Both the position numbers and the translations under genes were made by a program. A model generated the notes under the pieces. It had not been told where the DNA came from and ran no database searches. It was given only the letters and a program-made list of their open reading frames with translations. From Cetorhinus maximus (taxonomy: Eukaryota): a stretch of DNA of 64,000 nt. The stretch lies in the NCBI RefSeq assembly GCF_964194155.1, contig NC_135911.1:11222001-11286000 (forward strand). Direction: 5' to 3'. Below, piece by piece: positions 20,401-33,100 of this stretch. Each line of letters opens with the position of its first letter. Within the stretch, counting starts at the first letter, position 1.

Positions 20401-23400
20401 TCAGGTTGTTATCCGAAGGGGAAACATTTGCAGGGTTACGGGGAAAGGACAGGGGGGATGGGTTTAGGTGAGTTGCTCTTTCAGAGAGCAGACAGGGACA
20501 CGACGGGCTGAATGGCCTCCAGCTGCGCGATAACCATTCGGCGGCTTCCGGGAAACAGGAAGTGGGGAAATGACAGTGTTGAGCACTTCTCCTCTGATTG
20601 CCCAGGGCCAGCATCCTCGTGGCGCATCTGGGCGAACACAACCTCTCTCACCCCGAGGGGACGGAGCAGCGAATCCAAGTGGCCTCGGCCATCGTGCACC
20701 CCAGGTTCGACCACATGAACTTCAACAACGACATCATGCTGCTCAAACTCGCCTGGCCCGCCAAATTCGACCGGTACGTCAGGCCCATCCCTCTGCCCAG
20801 CCAGTGTGCAACAGCCGGGACTGGATGCATCACCTCTGGCTGGGGGACACTCGTGATTAACGGAGGTAAGGAGGGCCGGGGTGGTGAGGGGTTGGTGGAG
20901 GGGGGAGTGGGAAGGCGAGTTGGGGTTAGGGGGCTGTTGGTTAGAACCTGAATGAATACTGCGCTGGTTTGAGGGGATGGTGGGTGGGAGGGCAGTGGGG
21001 GGTGTTGGAATGTGCGATCAAGCAATAATACTTCACTTTCCAGGCATAACTGAAATGTAGTCATCACTGCTCCCTGGAGACCTGTCCCAGCTTTGGAGAC
21101 AATTGCAGAGATTTACTAGAAATGTGCCGGCTCTTTGAAGGATCTATCTAATGAGTCCCCACTCTCCCCCTGCTCTTTCCCACATAGCCCTATAATTTCC
21201 CTCCCTTCAAGTATTTCTCCAATTCCCCCTTTTGGAAGTTCCTATTGAATCTGCTTCCACCGCCCTTTCAGGCAGCGCCTTCCAGATCACAACAACTCGC
21301 TGTGTCCAAAAAAATAATTCTCCTCATCTCCCCCTCTGGTTCTTTTCCCGATTCTCTTCAATCTGTGTCCCTCTGGTTACCGACCCTCCTGCCGCTGGAA
21401 ACAATTTCTCCTTATTGACTCTATCCAAACCCCTCATGATTTTGAACATCTCGATTCAATCTCCCCCTTAACCTTCTCTGCTCTAAGGAGAACAATCCCA
21501 GCTTCTCCAGTCTCTCCACATTAGTCCCAAAACCTGTGCTCGCAGCCCCACACCCATTCCAAACTAAGCTTGATTTTAGCAATAACACCTTTGTTTTTAA
21601 ATCCCTCCATGGCTTTTCCCTCCCTACCTTTGTAACCTCCTCCAGCCCCGACAAACATCCTGATCTCTGTAACCTCCTCAAGCCCTACAACCCTATCTCT
21701 GTAACTTCCTCCAGCCCCTACAACCACATCTCTGTAACCTCCTGAAGCCCCTACAACCATCGTGATCTCTGCAACCTCCTCGAGCCCTAAAACCCTATCT
21801 CTGTAACCTCCTCCGGCCCCTACAACCCCATCTCTATAACGTCCTCCAGCCCCTACAACCATTGCTATCTCTGTAACCTCCGCCAGCCCCTACCACACTC
21901 CCTATCTCTGTAACCTCCTCCAGCCCCTACAACCACCCTATCACTGTAACCTCCTCCAGCTACTACAACCCTCCCTATCTCTGTAAACTCCTCCCGCCCC
22001 TACAACCCTCACTTTCTCTGTAACCTCCTCCAAACCCTACAATCCTCCAAGATCTCTGCGCTCCTCCAATTCAGGCCTCTTGAGCATCCCCGATTCCCAT
22101 CGCTCCACCATTGGCGGCCGTGCCTTCAGCTGCCTGGTGCCCTAAGCTCTGGAATTCCCTCTCTAAACCTCTCCACCTCTCTTTCTTTCTCTTCCTTTAA
22201 AATACTCCTTAAAACGGACCCCTTTAACTGAGCTTTGGGTCATCTGTCCCTAATATCTCCTTATGTAGCCCGATGCCAAATTTAGCTTGTTCATGCTCTT
22301 ATGAAGCAGCTTGGGATGTTTTATAAAGTTAACAGTTCTATATAAATTCAAGTATGCTGTTGTTATTAAGGTGGTGTTAATAGCAGTCTACACATGGGCA
22401 CAATGAGTTATTCTGCTGCTGATTAAGTTGGCCTGTCCCTTTAACGGGGCAACCTCTCATTGATCGAAATGCTGAGCTCATTCAGAGTTCAATTGCCGAT
22501 TGGCAAATGCCTGTCAATTCAATCCCTTCTACCGCAAGGGATGTCAGCTGTGGCTCAGTTCATAGCACCCTCGCCGTTGAATCAGAGGGTTGTGGGTTCA
22601 TGTCCCACTCCCGGAAAACCAAGAACTGTGATTGTACTCGAAAGAGTTGCAATCTGTGACTGTTGGTAACTGGAAAGAGTTTCCACTGCCAATTGCACAT
22701 TGTCAGTTCTCTAGACGGCCACCAGTGTTTCATATTGAGCTCTCCTTCTCCTGGCCACGAGGTTCTTCGCCACCCTGACTACAGTAACCCAACATCTCTT
22801 TGTGTCTTGGCGAGCAGACCTGGATTCAATGCCCAGTGTATGCTTTAACCAGAGCTCTGTACACAACACTCAGTAAGCAAGACTATTGATTAAGTCGCTT
22901 GCACGTGGGAGGAGGAGACTCACGTTTGGATCGGACTGTGCTGACTCATTTCTTTCCCCTTCAGTACAATATCCCGAAGTCCTACAGTGCCTGAATCAGC
23001 CCATCCTGCCTGATGCTGATTGCCGCAAAGCTTATCCACCCTACTTCAAGGACAACATGTTCTGCTCAGGATACCTGGAGGGAGGACAGAGCACATGCCA
23101 GGTAAGAGTGGCCCGACAGGGTGAGACCGAATGCATCAAACCATGAGCAATAGGAAGTGTCTCAAGCTGAGAGACAGGGGTTACCTCTCCCTGAGGGATG
23201 GGGAATGTCTGAATTTGAGGGAGCGTAGGAGCAGGAGGAGGATATTTGGCCACTTTATCCCTCTGACAGTGCAGTACTCCCTCAGTATGACCCTCTGACA
23301 GTGCAGCGCTCCCTCAGTACTGACCCTCCAACAGTGCAGTGCTCCCTCAGTACTGACCCACCGACAGTTTACAGCTTCCTCAGTACTGACCCACCGACAG

Positions 23401-24082
23401 TGTACAGCTCCCTCAGTACTGACCCTCTGACAGAGCAGCACTCGCTCAATACTGACCCTCCGACAGTGCAGCGCTCCCTCAATACTGACCATCCGACAGT
23501 GCAGTTCTCCCTCAGTACTGACCCCCCGACAGTGCAGCGCTCCCTCAGTACTGACCCTCTGACAGTGCAGCACTCCCTCAGTACTGACCCTCTGACAGTG
23601 CAGCACTCTCTCAGTACTGACCCTCCGACAGTGCAGCACTACCTCTGTGCTGACCCTCCAACAGTGCAGCGCTCCCTCAGTACTGACCCTCTGATAGTGC
23701 AGCACTCCCTCAGTACTGACCCTACGACAGTGCAACGCTCCCTCAGCACTGAGCCTTGTCCTTTGGTTCTCTGGACAGAAACTCAGACCCGCAACCTCCT
23801 GATTGTGCGGACAGAGTACCACCCAGCGAGCTCGGGTCCCACACCGGGATCCCGGGGGAGCTAAGGATGACCATCCGATTATCACTTTGTCTACCTCACT
23901 CCGAATTACACTCCATGTCTTTTTTGCTGCAGGGAGACTCAGGGGGACCTGTGGTCTGTAATGGGGAGCTACAAGGCATTACTTCCTGGGGATACGACTG
24001 TGCTATGGAGGATCATCCCAGCGTCTTTGTGAAAGTTTGTAACTACAACAACTGGATCCAAAGGGTCATGGCTGAAAACTGA
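14490..24082 (+). CDS. Trypsin-family serine protease, copy B; join(14490..14529,18654..18810,20606..20865,22965..23101,23933..24082); W29R and a Tx1 insertion in intron 1
   Basis: Same exon sizes and splice sites as copy A, open frame, catalytic triad intact. PWQV changed to PRQV (AGG at 18716-18718). T>K in exon 4. Confidence 0.9.
14654..16345 (+). mobile_element. 5'-truncated Tx1/L1-group non-LTR retrotransposon (RT C-terminal half + CCHC zinc finger)
   Basis: RQGCPLSP and YMDD RT motifs, [19 protein letters not shown] knuckle, stop at 16115, AATAAA 16320-16325, oligo-A tail. 16-bp TSD AACAGGCTGAGACTGA at 14638-14653 and 16346-16361. Empty site in paralogs. Confidence 0.95.
22541..22612 (+). 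mobile_element. tRNA-SINE head fragment present only in copy B intron 3
   Basis: GTCAGCTGTGGCTCAGTT...GAATCAGAGGGTTGTGGGTTCATGTCCCACTCC with Pol III A/B-box-like motifs. Confidence 0.6.
23260..23751. repeat. 33-bp minisatellite (CAGTACTGACCCTCCGACAGTGCAGCACTCCCT)n, intron 4 of B
   Basis: Period 33; translates as [11 protein letters not shown]. Confidence 0.9.
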
Positions 24083-24143
24083 GCGGAGAATCCTAACCCT
24101 GAAACTACCTGCAATGAGGGAAAGGAAAATGTTGCAAGTTCCC

Positions 24144-24149
24144 AATAAA
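24144..24149 (+). terminator. Polyadenylation signal, copy B
   Basis: AATAAA at the homologous position. Confidence 0.75.
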
Positions 24150-24671
24150 GATTGATTGTCAAGTTGTGTTGCATTTGGATTCTTATTTTGTGACATCTCT
24201 TTTGGAACGTGCAGAATCCCACATCCATCCCCTCGCTGCCTCCAGACTGTAACTATTCCAACATTCCTCTCGGCAATCTGCCTTCCTCAGAGGGATGTCA
24301 GAAATAGGAGCAGGAGGAGGCCATTCAGCCCCTCGAGCCTCCTTCCCCCATTCTATACGATCATGGCTGATACTCGACCTCGACTCCGCTTTCCCTCCTT
24401 ATCACTTAGCGCCCAAAAATCTATCCATCTCCGTCTTGAATGGATTCAGTGATGGAGCATCCACAGCTCTCTGGGGGAGAGAATTCCAAAGATTTCTCCT
24501 TCCGTAAACTTAAACATGTCCAAAAATCTGCTGTCCCCATGTCTTAACACACACACAGTCTCGTGTACCCAGCAGCCCCTGTTGCTCGCTGATCTACATT
24601 GGCTCCTGGTCGGGCAACACATCGATTTTATAATCCCCATCCTGCTTTTCAAATCCTTCCATGGCTTCCTC

Positions 24672-25940
24672 ACCTCCTCCCTATCTCTGTAACCTTCCTC
24701 CAGCCCCAACAACACTCCCTATCTCTGAAACCTCCTCCAGCCTCTACAACACTCCCTATCTCTGAAACCTCCTCCAGCCCCTATAACTCTCCCTATCTCT
24801 GTAACCTTCCTCCAGACCCTACAACACTCCCTATCTCTGTAACCTCCTCCAGCCCCTACAAAACACCCTATCTCTGAAACCACCTCCAGCCTCTACAACA
24901 CTCCCTATCTCTGAAACCTCCTCCAGCACCTACAGCCCACCCTATCTCTGTAATAACCTCCAACCCATACAACCCTCGTGATATCTGTAACCTCCTCAAG
25001 CCCCTACAACTCTCCCAATCTCTGTAACATCCTACAGACCTCTACAAACAACCCTATCTATATAACCACCCCCAGACTCCAAAAGCCCTCCCTATCTCTG
25101 TAACCTACTCCAGCACCTACAACTCTCCCTAACTCTGTAACCTCCTCAAGCACCTATCACCCTCCCGATCTCTGTAACCTCCTTGAGCACCTACAACCCA
25201 CCCCATCTCTGTAACCTACTCCAGCCCCTAAAACACTCCCTATCTCTGTAACCTCCTCCAACACCTACAACACTCCCTATCTCTCTAACTTCCTCCCGCC
25301 CCTACAATCATCCCTATCTCTATAACCTCCTCCAGCCCCAACAACACTTCCTATCTCGGTATCTCGTACATCACCTAAAAACCTCCCAATCTCTGTAACC
25401 TCCTCCAGCCCTTACAACACTCCCTATCTCTGTAAACTCCTCCAGACCCTAAAATCCTCCCTATCTCTGTAACCTCCTCCAGCCCACAGAACCCTCCCCA
25501 TCTCTGTAACCTCCTCCAGCACCTACAACCGTCCCTATCTCACCAACTTACTCCAGCACCTACAACCCACCTATCTCTATAACCTCCTCCATCCCCTACA
25601 ACCCTCCCCAACTCTGTGACCTCCTCCAGCCCCTACAACCCTCACTATCTCTGTAACTTCCTGCAACCCCTACAACACTCCCTATTTCTGTAACCTACTC
25701 CAGCCCCTACAATGCTCCCTATCTCTGTAACCTCCTCCAGCCCCTACAAACCTCCCCACCTCTGTGAACTCCTCCAGTCCCTACAACCCTCCCCAGCCCT
25801 GTAACCTCATCCAGCCCCTACAACCCTATCTCTGTAACCTTCTCCAGCACCAAAAACCCTCCCTATCTCTGTATCCTCCTCCAGGCCCTACAACCATCCC
25901 TATCTCTGTAACGTACTCCAGCCCCTACAACCCTCCCCGT
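24672..25940. repeat. 37-bp minisatellite array
   Basis: Tandem diverged units. Confidence 0.9.
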
Positions 25941-26024
25941 TTCCCCAGTATTGCTGCCAGACCCCATGAATAGAAACCCAATTCTCCCACACAAATCTTA
26001 CAGCCACCCAGTCATACAAACATA

Positions 26025-28590
26025 CTGACATAAGTACATACAATTTAGGAGCAGGAGTAGGCCATTCGGCCCCTCGCGCCTGCTCCATCATTTGATAAGA
26101 TCATGGCTGACCTGTTTGTGGTTCAGCTCCACTTTCCTCTATAGCCCCTGTACCCTTTGACCCCCTCGTCAATCACAAATCTCTCTAACTCAGTCTTGAA
26201 TATATTCAGTGACCCTGTCTCCACTGCTCTCTGAGGAAGAGAATTCCACAGACTGACCACCCTCTGAGAGAAAGAATTCTCCTCACCTCCATCTTGAATG
26301 AGAGACCCCTTTTTTTAAATTGTGCCCCCTAGTTCTAGTCTCTCCCACAAGGGGAAACATCCTCTCAGCATCCAGCCTGTCAAGTCCCCTCAGAATCTTA
26401 TCTGTCGCAATAAGATCACCTCTCATTCTTCTCAACTCCAATGGATACAGGCCCAGCCTGTCCAACCTTTCCTCATAGGATAACCCCCTCATCCCAGGAA
26501 TCAGTCAAGTCACCCTTCTCAGAATTGTTTCTAACACACTTCTATCCTTTCTTAAATAAGGAGACCAAACCTGTACACAGTACTCTAGATGTGCTCTCAA
26601 TAAACACCCTGCACAACTGTAGAAAAACATCCCTACTTTTATATCCCATTCCCATTGCAATAAAGGCCAACATTTCATTTGTCTTCCCAAATAACCTGCT
26701 GTACCTGCAGACTAACATTCTGTCATTCATACACCAGGACAGCCAGATCCCTCTGCACTGCAGAGTTCTGTAATCTCTCTCCATTTACACAATATGCTAC
26801 TTTTCTATTCTTCCTGCCAAAGTAGACAAGTTCACATTTTCCCACATTATACTCCATCTGACAATTTTTTGCCCACTCACCTAACCTGTCTATAACGCTT
26901 TACAGACTCCTTATGTCCTCTTCACAACTTACTTTCCTACCTATCTTTGTGCCATCGGCTAATTTAGCAACCATACCTTTGGTCTCTTCATCCAAGCTAT
27001 TGATATAGATTGTAAGTAGTTGAGGTCCCAGCACTGATGTAAATGTCACTCCGCTAGTTACATCCTGATAACCCAAAAATGAAATAAATTGATTCCTACC
27101 TTTTACTTCCTGTTAGACATCCAATCCTCTATCCATGCCTCCCCCTACACCATCAACTCTTACCTTGTGTAGCAACCTTTGAACTGGCACCTTATCAAAT
27201 GCCTTTTGGAAATCCAAGTACACCACATCTACAGGTTCCCCCTTTGTCCACATTGCTTTTACATCCTCAAAGAACTCCAATAAATTTGTCAAACACAATT
27301 TCCCTTTCACAAAACCATGTTGACTCTGCCTCACATTTTTCCAAGTGCCCTGCAATAACCCCCTTAATAATAGAATCTAACATTTCCTTCTGACAGATGT
27401 TAAGCTAACTGGCCTGCAGTTTCCGGCTCTCTGTCTTCTTCCTTTCCTGAAAAGAGGAGTCACATTTACTATTTTCCAATCTCATGGGACCTTTCCTGAA
27501 TCTAGGGAATTTTGGAAAATTACAACTAATGCGTCACCTATCTCAGCAGCTACTTCTTTTGGGACCCGAGGATGAAGTCTATCAGAACCTGGGAACTTGT
27601 CAGCTTTTAGTATTAATCATTTTCTCAGTTCCCTTTCTCTGGTGACTAAAACTGTGTAAGTTCCTCCCTCCCTTTCACCAATCGATTTACAAGCATTCCT
27701 GGGATGTTAATTGTGTTTTCTACACTGAAGAGAGACACAAAATATCTTTTTAAAGCTTATACCATTTCCGTATTCCCCATTATTTTCTCATTGTTTCTAT
27801 TATTATTATTATCATGAATAATAAACTCCCTGACCTTATTTGCCCCATGCCAATTTGATCGCGGCTCAGATAGTATCCCAGAGACTAGTGCCTTTTTGGT
27901 TCTGCTTTTAAGTTTAACCCACAGCTGCTCATACTCCTTCAAACGTCCTGCCGATGCCATTGGTACCCACGCGGACCACGACCACTGGGTCCTTCCTCGC
28001 CCACTCCAGGTTCCTCTCCAGACCCGAGGAGCTGTCCTTAAGCCTGGAACCGAGCAGGCAACACAACCGTTCGCAGAGAACTGTCTTTATTCTCCGCACC
28101 AAACAGTCCCCCCACGATCATTACATTCCTATTTACACCCCACCTCCCTCCACTTGAATGGCGTCCTGCAGCATGATGCCTTGGTCAGCTCGCTTGTCCA
28201 CACTGCAGCCCCCACTTTCATCCAGACCAGCTGCAAGGGCCTCAAGCCTGTTGGACAAGTGCAAAGGGCTGAGGGCCCCCCAACTTCTACCTCCTCGTCC
28301 CCCAAGCCTGCATCACCCGCAGTCACGCCCTCCAGTCCCTGAGCACTGACCCAATCAGAGGACTCCAGCCTAAGGGCTGTGACCGCCTCTGGGGACAACA
28401 CAATCCAGGTGACCACACCTCTCCACCTCCTGCACCCTAGATGCATCGCAGAGTCCAAAGCCCGGACTCCAGCTCATTAGTCTCTGAGCTGGAGTTCCTC
28501 GAGCTGCGGACACTCACGGTAGATGTGTCACACAGGGACCATCCATCCCTTGAGGGATGCACCTTTTTGCCTCATCACATCCCAGCAAAG
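26025..28590 (-). mobile_element. Degenerate, internally deleted CR1 LINE (ORF1 zinc-finger/esterase remnant, RT remnant, 3' tail)
   Basis: Minus-strand peptides SQHGFVKGKLCLTNLLEFFE, VYLDFQKAFDKVP, LEYCVQVWSPYLRKD, LSYEERLDRLGLYPLE. ORF1 SGNH-like DPVVVVRVGTNGIGR at about 27950-27992. Tail near 26030. Confidence 0.9.
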
Positions 28591-28675
28591 GATCTCGGTG
28601 CGGGGGGACGTTTTACTTTGTCCAAGGCGCTATCAGAATTCAAGTTTCTGTCGTAATTGGCGTATAGGGTGGACG

Positions 28676-29495
28676 TGTCCAGTAATGATTATTGAGTGTC
28701 CTGTAATGGTGATTTATTGTCCAGTAATGATGATTGATTGTCCAGTAATGTAGATAGATTGACCAGTAATGGTGATTGATTGTCCAGTAATGGAGATGGA
28801 TTGTCCAGTAATGGAGATTGATTGTCCAGTAATGGAGATTGATTGTCCAGTAATGGAGATTGATTGTCCAGTAATGGAGATTGATTGTCCAGTAATGGAG
28901 ATTGATTGTCCAGTAATGGTGATTGATTGTCCAGTAATGGTGATTGATTGTCCAGTAATAATGATTGATTGTCCAGTAATGGAGATTGATTGTCCAGTAA
29001 TGGAGATTGATTGTCCAGTAATGGTGATTGATTGTCCAGTAATGGAGATTGATTGTCCAGTAATGGTGATTGATTGTCCAGTAATGGAGATTGATTGTCC
29101 AGTAATGGTGATTGATTGTCCAGAAATAATGATTGATTGTCCAGTAATGGTGATTGATTGTCCAGTAATGGTGATTGATTGTCCAGTAATGATGATTGAT
29201 TGTCCAGTAATGGTGATTGATTGTCCAGTAATGATGATTGATTGTCCAGTAATGGTGATTGATTGTCCAGAAATGATGATTGATTGTCCAGTAATGGAGA
29301 TTGATTGTCCAGAAATGGTGATTGATTGTCCAGTAATGGAGATTGATTGTGCAGTAATGGTGATTGATTGTCCAGTAATAATGATTGATTGTCCAGTAAT
29401 GGTGATTGATTGTCCATTAATGGTGATTGATTGTCCAGTAATGATGATTGATTGTCCAGTAATGGTGATTGATTGTCCAGTAATGGTGATTGATT
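28676..29495. repeat. 21-bp VNTR x~39
   Basis: Tandem 21-mers. Confidence 0.92.
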
Positions 29496-29702
29496 CAGGG
29501 TTTGTGCCTGGACAACGTATTAATACAGACCTGAGGTCACCAGCTACAAGCGTCTCTCCTTCCAGAATTCGCTTCTCAAATGAGGTCATGAAGCTGATTA
29601 ATGATTAGCCACGTCCGATTGCTGGGACTGTCACTTTAAGCCACATATATAAAGGACAGGGGCTTCACTGGGATCATTCCCTGCGCTGGGATAAGCTGTA
29701 AG

Positions 29703-29742
29703 ATGCAGGCTTTCCTCTTCACACTGCTCCTGGGAGCGGCAG
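29703..29742 (+). pseudogene. Orphan exon 1 of the protease with intact promoter and donor
   Basis: ATG 29703, GT donor 29743, TATATAAA 29646-29653. Intron 1 is truncated at about 30150, where it joins a CR1. Confidence 0.8.
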
Positions 29743-30149
29743 GTATGATCACAGATATACTGAAATGCGTGTGTGGGGATGCACATGTTTGACCTCCAGG
29801 TTTGCTCACTGTCAAACCATTCCTATTTCCACCGCCGCAACATTGCCCAGCTTCACCCCGACCCCGTCTCCTCTCATCTCATCTACTGCTGAAACCCTCA
29901 TCCAATCCAGCATTGCCCCCAGATGCGACTATTCCGACAAATCCCTGACTGTTCTCCCACGTTCCGCCCTCCGTAAACTTGAGGTCACCCGAACCTCTGC
30001 TGCCCGTGTCTTAACTCGCACTGAGTCCCACTCACCTATCATCTCTGGTGCTCACTGACCAGCATTGGCTCCTGGTTAGCAACATATTGATTTTAAAATT
30101 CCTCCAGCCCCTACAACCCTCCCTATCCCTGTAACCTCCTCCAGCCCCT

Positions 30150-33100
30150 AGTTGTGCCCCCTAGTTCTAGTCTCTCGCACAAGGGGAAACATCCTCTCAG
30201 CATCCACCCTGTCAAGTCCCCTCAGAATCTTATCTGTCGCAATAAGATCACCTCTCATTCTTCTAAACTCCAATGGATACAGGCCCAGCCTGTCCAACCT
30301 TTCCTCATAGGATAACCCCCTCATCCCAGGAATCAGTCAAGTCACCCTTCTCTGAATTGCATCTAACACACTTATATCCTTTCTTAAATAAGGAGACCAA
30401 ACCTGTACACAATACTCCAGATGTGCTATCACCAACACACTGCACAATTGTAGAAAAACATCCCTACTTTTATATCCCATTCCCCTTCCAATAAAGGCCA
30501 ACATTTCATTTGCCTTCCCAATCACCTGCTGTACCTGCAGACTAACATTCTGTCATTCATACACCAGGACACCCAGATCCCTCTGCACTGCAGAGTTCCG
30601 TCATCTCTCTCCATTTACACAATATGCTACTTTTCTATTCTTCCTGCCAAAGTAGACAAGTTCACATTTTCCCATATTATACTCCATCTGGCAATATTTT
30701 GCCCACGCACTTAACCTGTCTATAACGCTTTTCAGTCTCCTTATGTCCTCTTCACAACTTACTTTCCTACCTATCTTTGTGCCATCGGCAAATTTAGCAA
30801 CCATACCTTTGGTCTTTTCATCCAAGCTGTTGATATAGAATATATATACACATCAGTAGTAGGTAAATTGTTGGAAGGTGTTCTGAGAGATTGGATATAT
30901 AATTATTTGGACAGCCGAGGGCTGATGCAGGATAGTCAGCATGGCTTTGTGCGTGTTAGGTAGTGTTTAATGAACCTTGTAGAGTTATTCGAGGAGGTTA
31001 CCAAGAAAGTAGATGAAGGAAAGGCTGTGGGTGTTGTCTACATGGACGTTAGTAAGATCTTTGACAAGGTCCCACATGGGAGGTTAGTTCAGAAGGTTCA
31101 GACACTTGGTATCCATGGGGAGGTTGTAAACTGGATTTGAAATTGGCTGTGTGGGAGAAGACAGAGAGTGGTAGTGGATGATTGCTTCTCAGGTTGGAGG
31201 TCTGTGACTAGTGGTGTGCCTCAGGGATCTGTGCTGGGACCATTGTTGTTTGTTGTCTATATTAATGACTTGGCTGATAATGTGGTGAATTGGATCAACC
31301 AGTTTGCTGATGACACTAAGATTGGAGGCGTTGTGGACAGCGAGGAAGGCTTTCAAAGCTTGCAGAGAGATCTGGACCAACTGGAAAAATGGGCCAGAAA
31401 ATGGCAGATGGAATTTAATGCGGAAAAGTGTGAGGTGTTACATTTTGGAAGGTCAAACCAAGGTAGGACATACACAGTAAATGGTAGGGTAATGAGGAGT
31501 GCGGAGGAACAAAGGGATCTGGGAGTTCAGATACATAATTCCCTGAAAGTGGCGTCACAGGTAGACAAGGTTGTAAAGAAAGCTTTTGGCATACTGGCCT
31601 TCATAAATCAAAATATTGAGTATAGGAGTTGGGATGTTATGGTGAGGTTGTATAGCACATTGGTGAGGCCAACTTTGGAGCATTGTGTGCAGTTCTGGTC
31701 ACCTAACTACAGGAAGGATATCAGTAACATTGAGAGAGTGCAGAGAAGATTTACTAGGATGTTGCCGGGTCTTAAGGAGTTGAGTTACAGGGAAAGATTA
31801 AATAAGTTAGGCCTTTATTCCTTGGAGCGTAGAAGAATGAGGGGAGATTTCATAGAAGTTTACAAAATTGTGAGGGGTATAGACAGAGTAAATGTGAGTT
31901 GGTTCTTTCCACTTAGATTAGGAGAGATAAACACGAGAGGACATGGCTTTAGGGTGAAAGGGGAAAGGTTTGGGGGGAACATTAGGGGGAACTTCTTCAC
32001 TCAGTGAGTGGTGAGAGTGTGGAACGAGCTACCATCTGCCGCGTTAACTGCGGGCTCACTCTTAAGTTTTAAGAATAAATTAGATAGATACGTGGATGGG
32101 AGAGGTCTGTAGGGTTATGGACTAGGTGCAGGTCAATGGGACTAGCGGAATAATATTTCAGCAAAGACTAGAAGGGACGAATGGCCTGTTTTCTGCGCTG
32201 CAGTGTTCTATGGTTCTATTGTAAGTAGTTGAGGTCCCAGCACTGATGTCAATGTCACTCCGCTAGTTACATCCTGATAACCCAAAAATGAAAAAAATTG
32301 ATCCCTACCTTTTACTTCCTGTTAGCCATCCAATCCTCTATCCATACCTCCCCCTACACCATCAACTCTTACCTTGTGTAGCAACCTTTGAACTGGAACC
32401 TTATCAAATGCCTTTTGGAAATCCAAGTACACCACATCTACAGGTTCCTCCTTTGTCCACATTGCTTATTTCATCCTCAAAGATTTCCAATAAATTTGTC
32501 AAACACAATTTCCCTTGCACAAAACCATGTTGACTCTGCCTCACATTTTTACAAGTGCCCTGCAATAACCCCCTTAATAAGAGATTCTAAAATTTCCTTC
32601 TGACAGAAGTTAAGCTAACTGGCCTGCAGTTTCCGGCTCTCTGTCTCCTTCCTTTCCTGAATAGAGGAGTCACATTTACTATTTTCCAATCTCATGGGAC
32701 CTTTCCTGAATCTAGGGAAATTTGGAAAATTACAACCAATGCGTCACCTATCTCAGCAGCTACTTCTTTTGGGACCCGAGGATGAAGTCTATCAGAACCT
32801 GGGAACTTGTCAGCTTTTAGTTTTAATCATTTTCTCAGTTCCCTTTCTCTGGTGAATAAAACTGTGTAAGTTCCTCCCTCCCTTTCACCACTCGATTTAC
32901 AAGCATTCCTGGGATGTTATTTGTGTTTTCTACACTGAACAGAGACACAAAATATCTGCTTAAAGCTTCTACCATTTCCGTATTCCCCATTATTTTCTCA
33001 TTGTTGCTATTATTATTATTATCATGAATAATAAACTCCCTGACCTTATTTGCCCCATTCCAACGTGCTCGTGGCTCAGATAGTAATCCAGAGATTAGTG

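Noticed and set aside
22541-22612. Possible tRNA gene
   Set aside because: Only a degenerate A/B-box head with no convincing cloverleaf; typical SINE head.
28689-29608. Long repetitive ORFs (CPVMVID)n, (ITGQSIT)n, (LLDNQSP)n suggesting a beta-solenoid or antifreeze-like protein
   Set aside because: Translations of the 21-bp VNTR, open in several frames on both strands; no splice or promoter context, and copy number varies freely.
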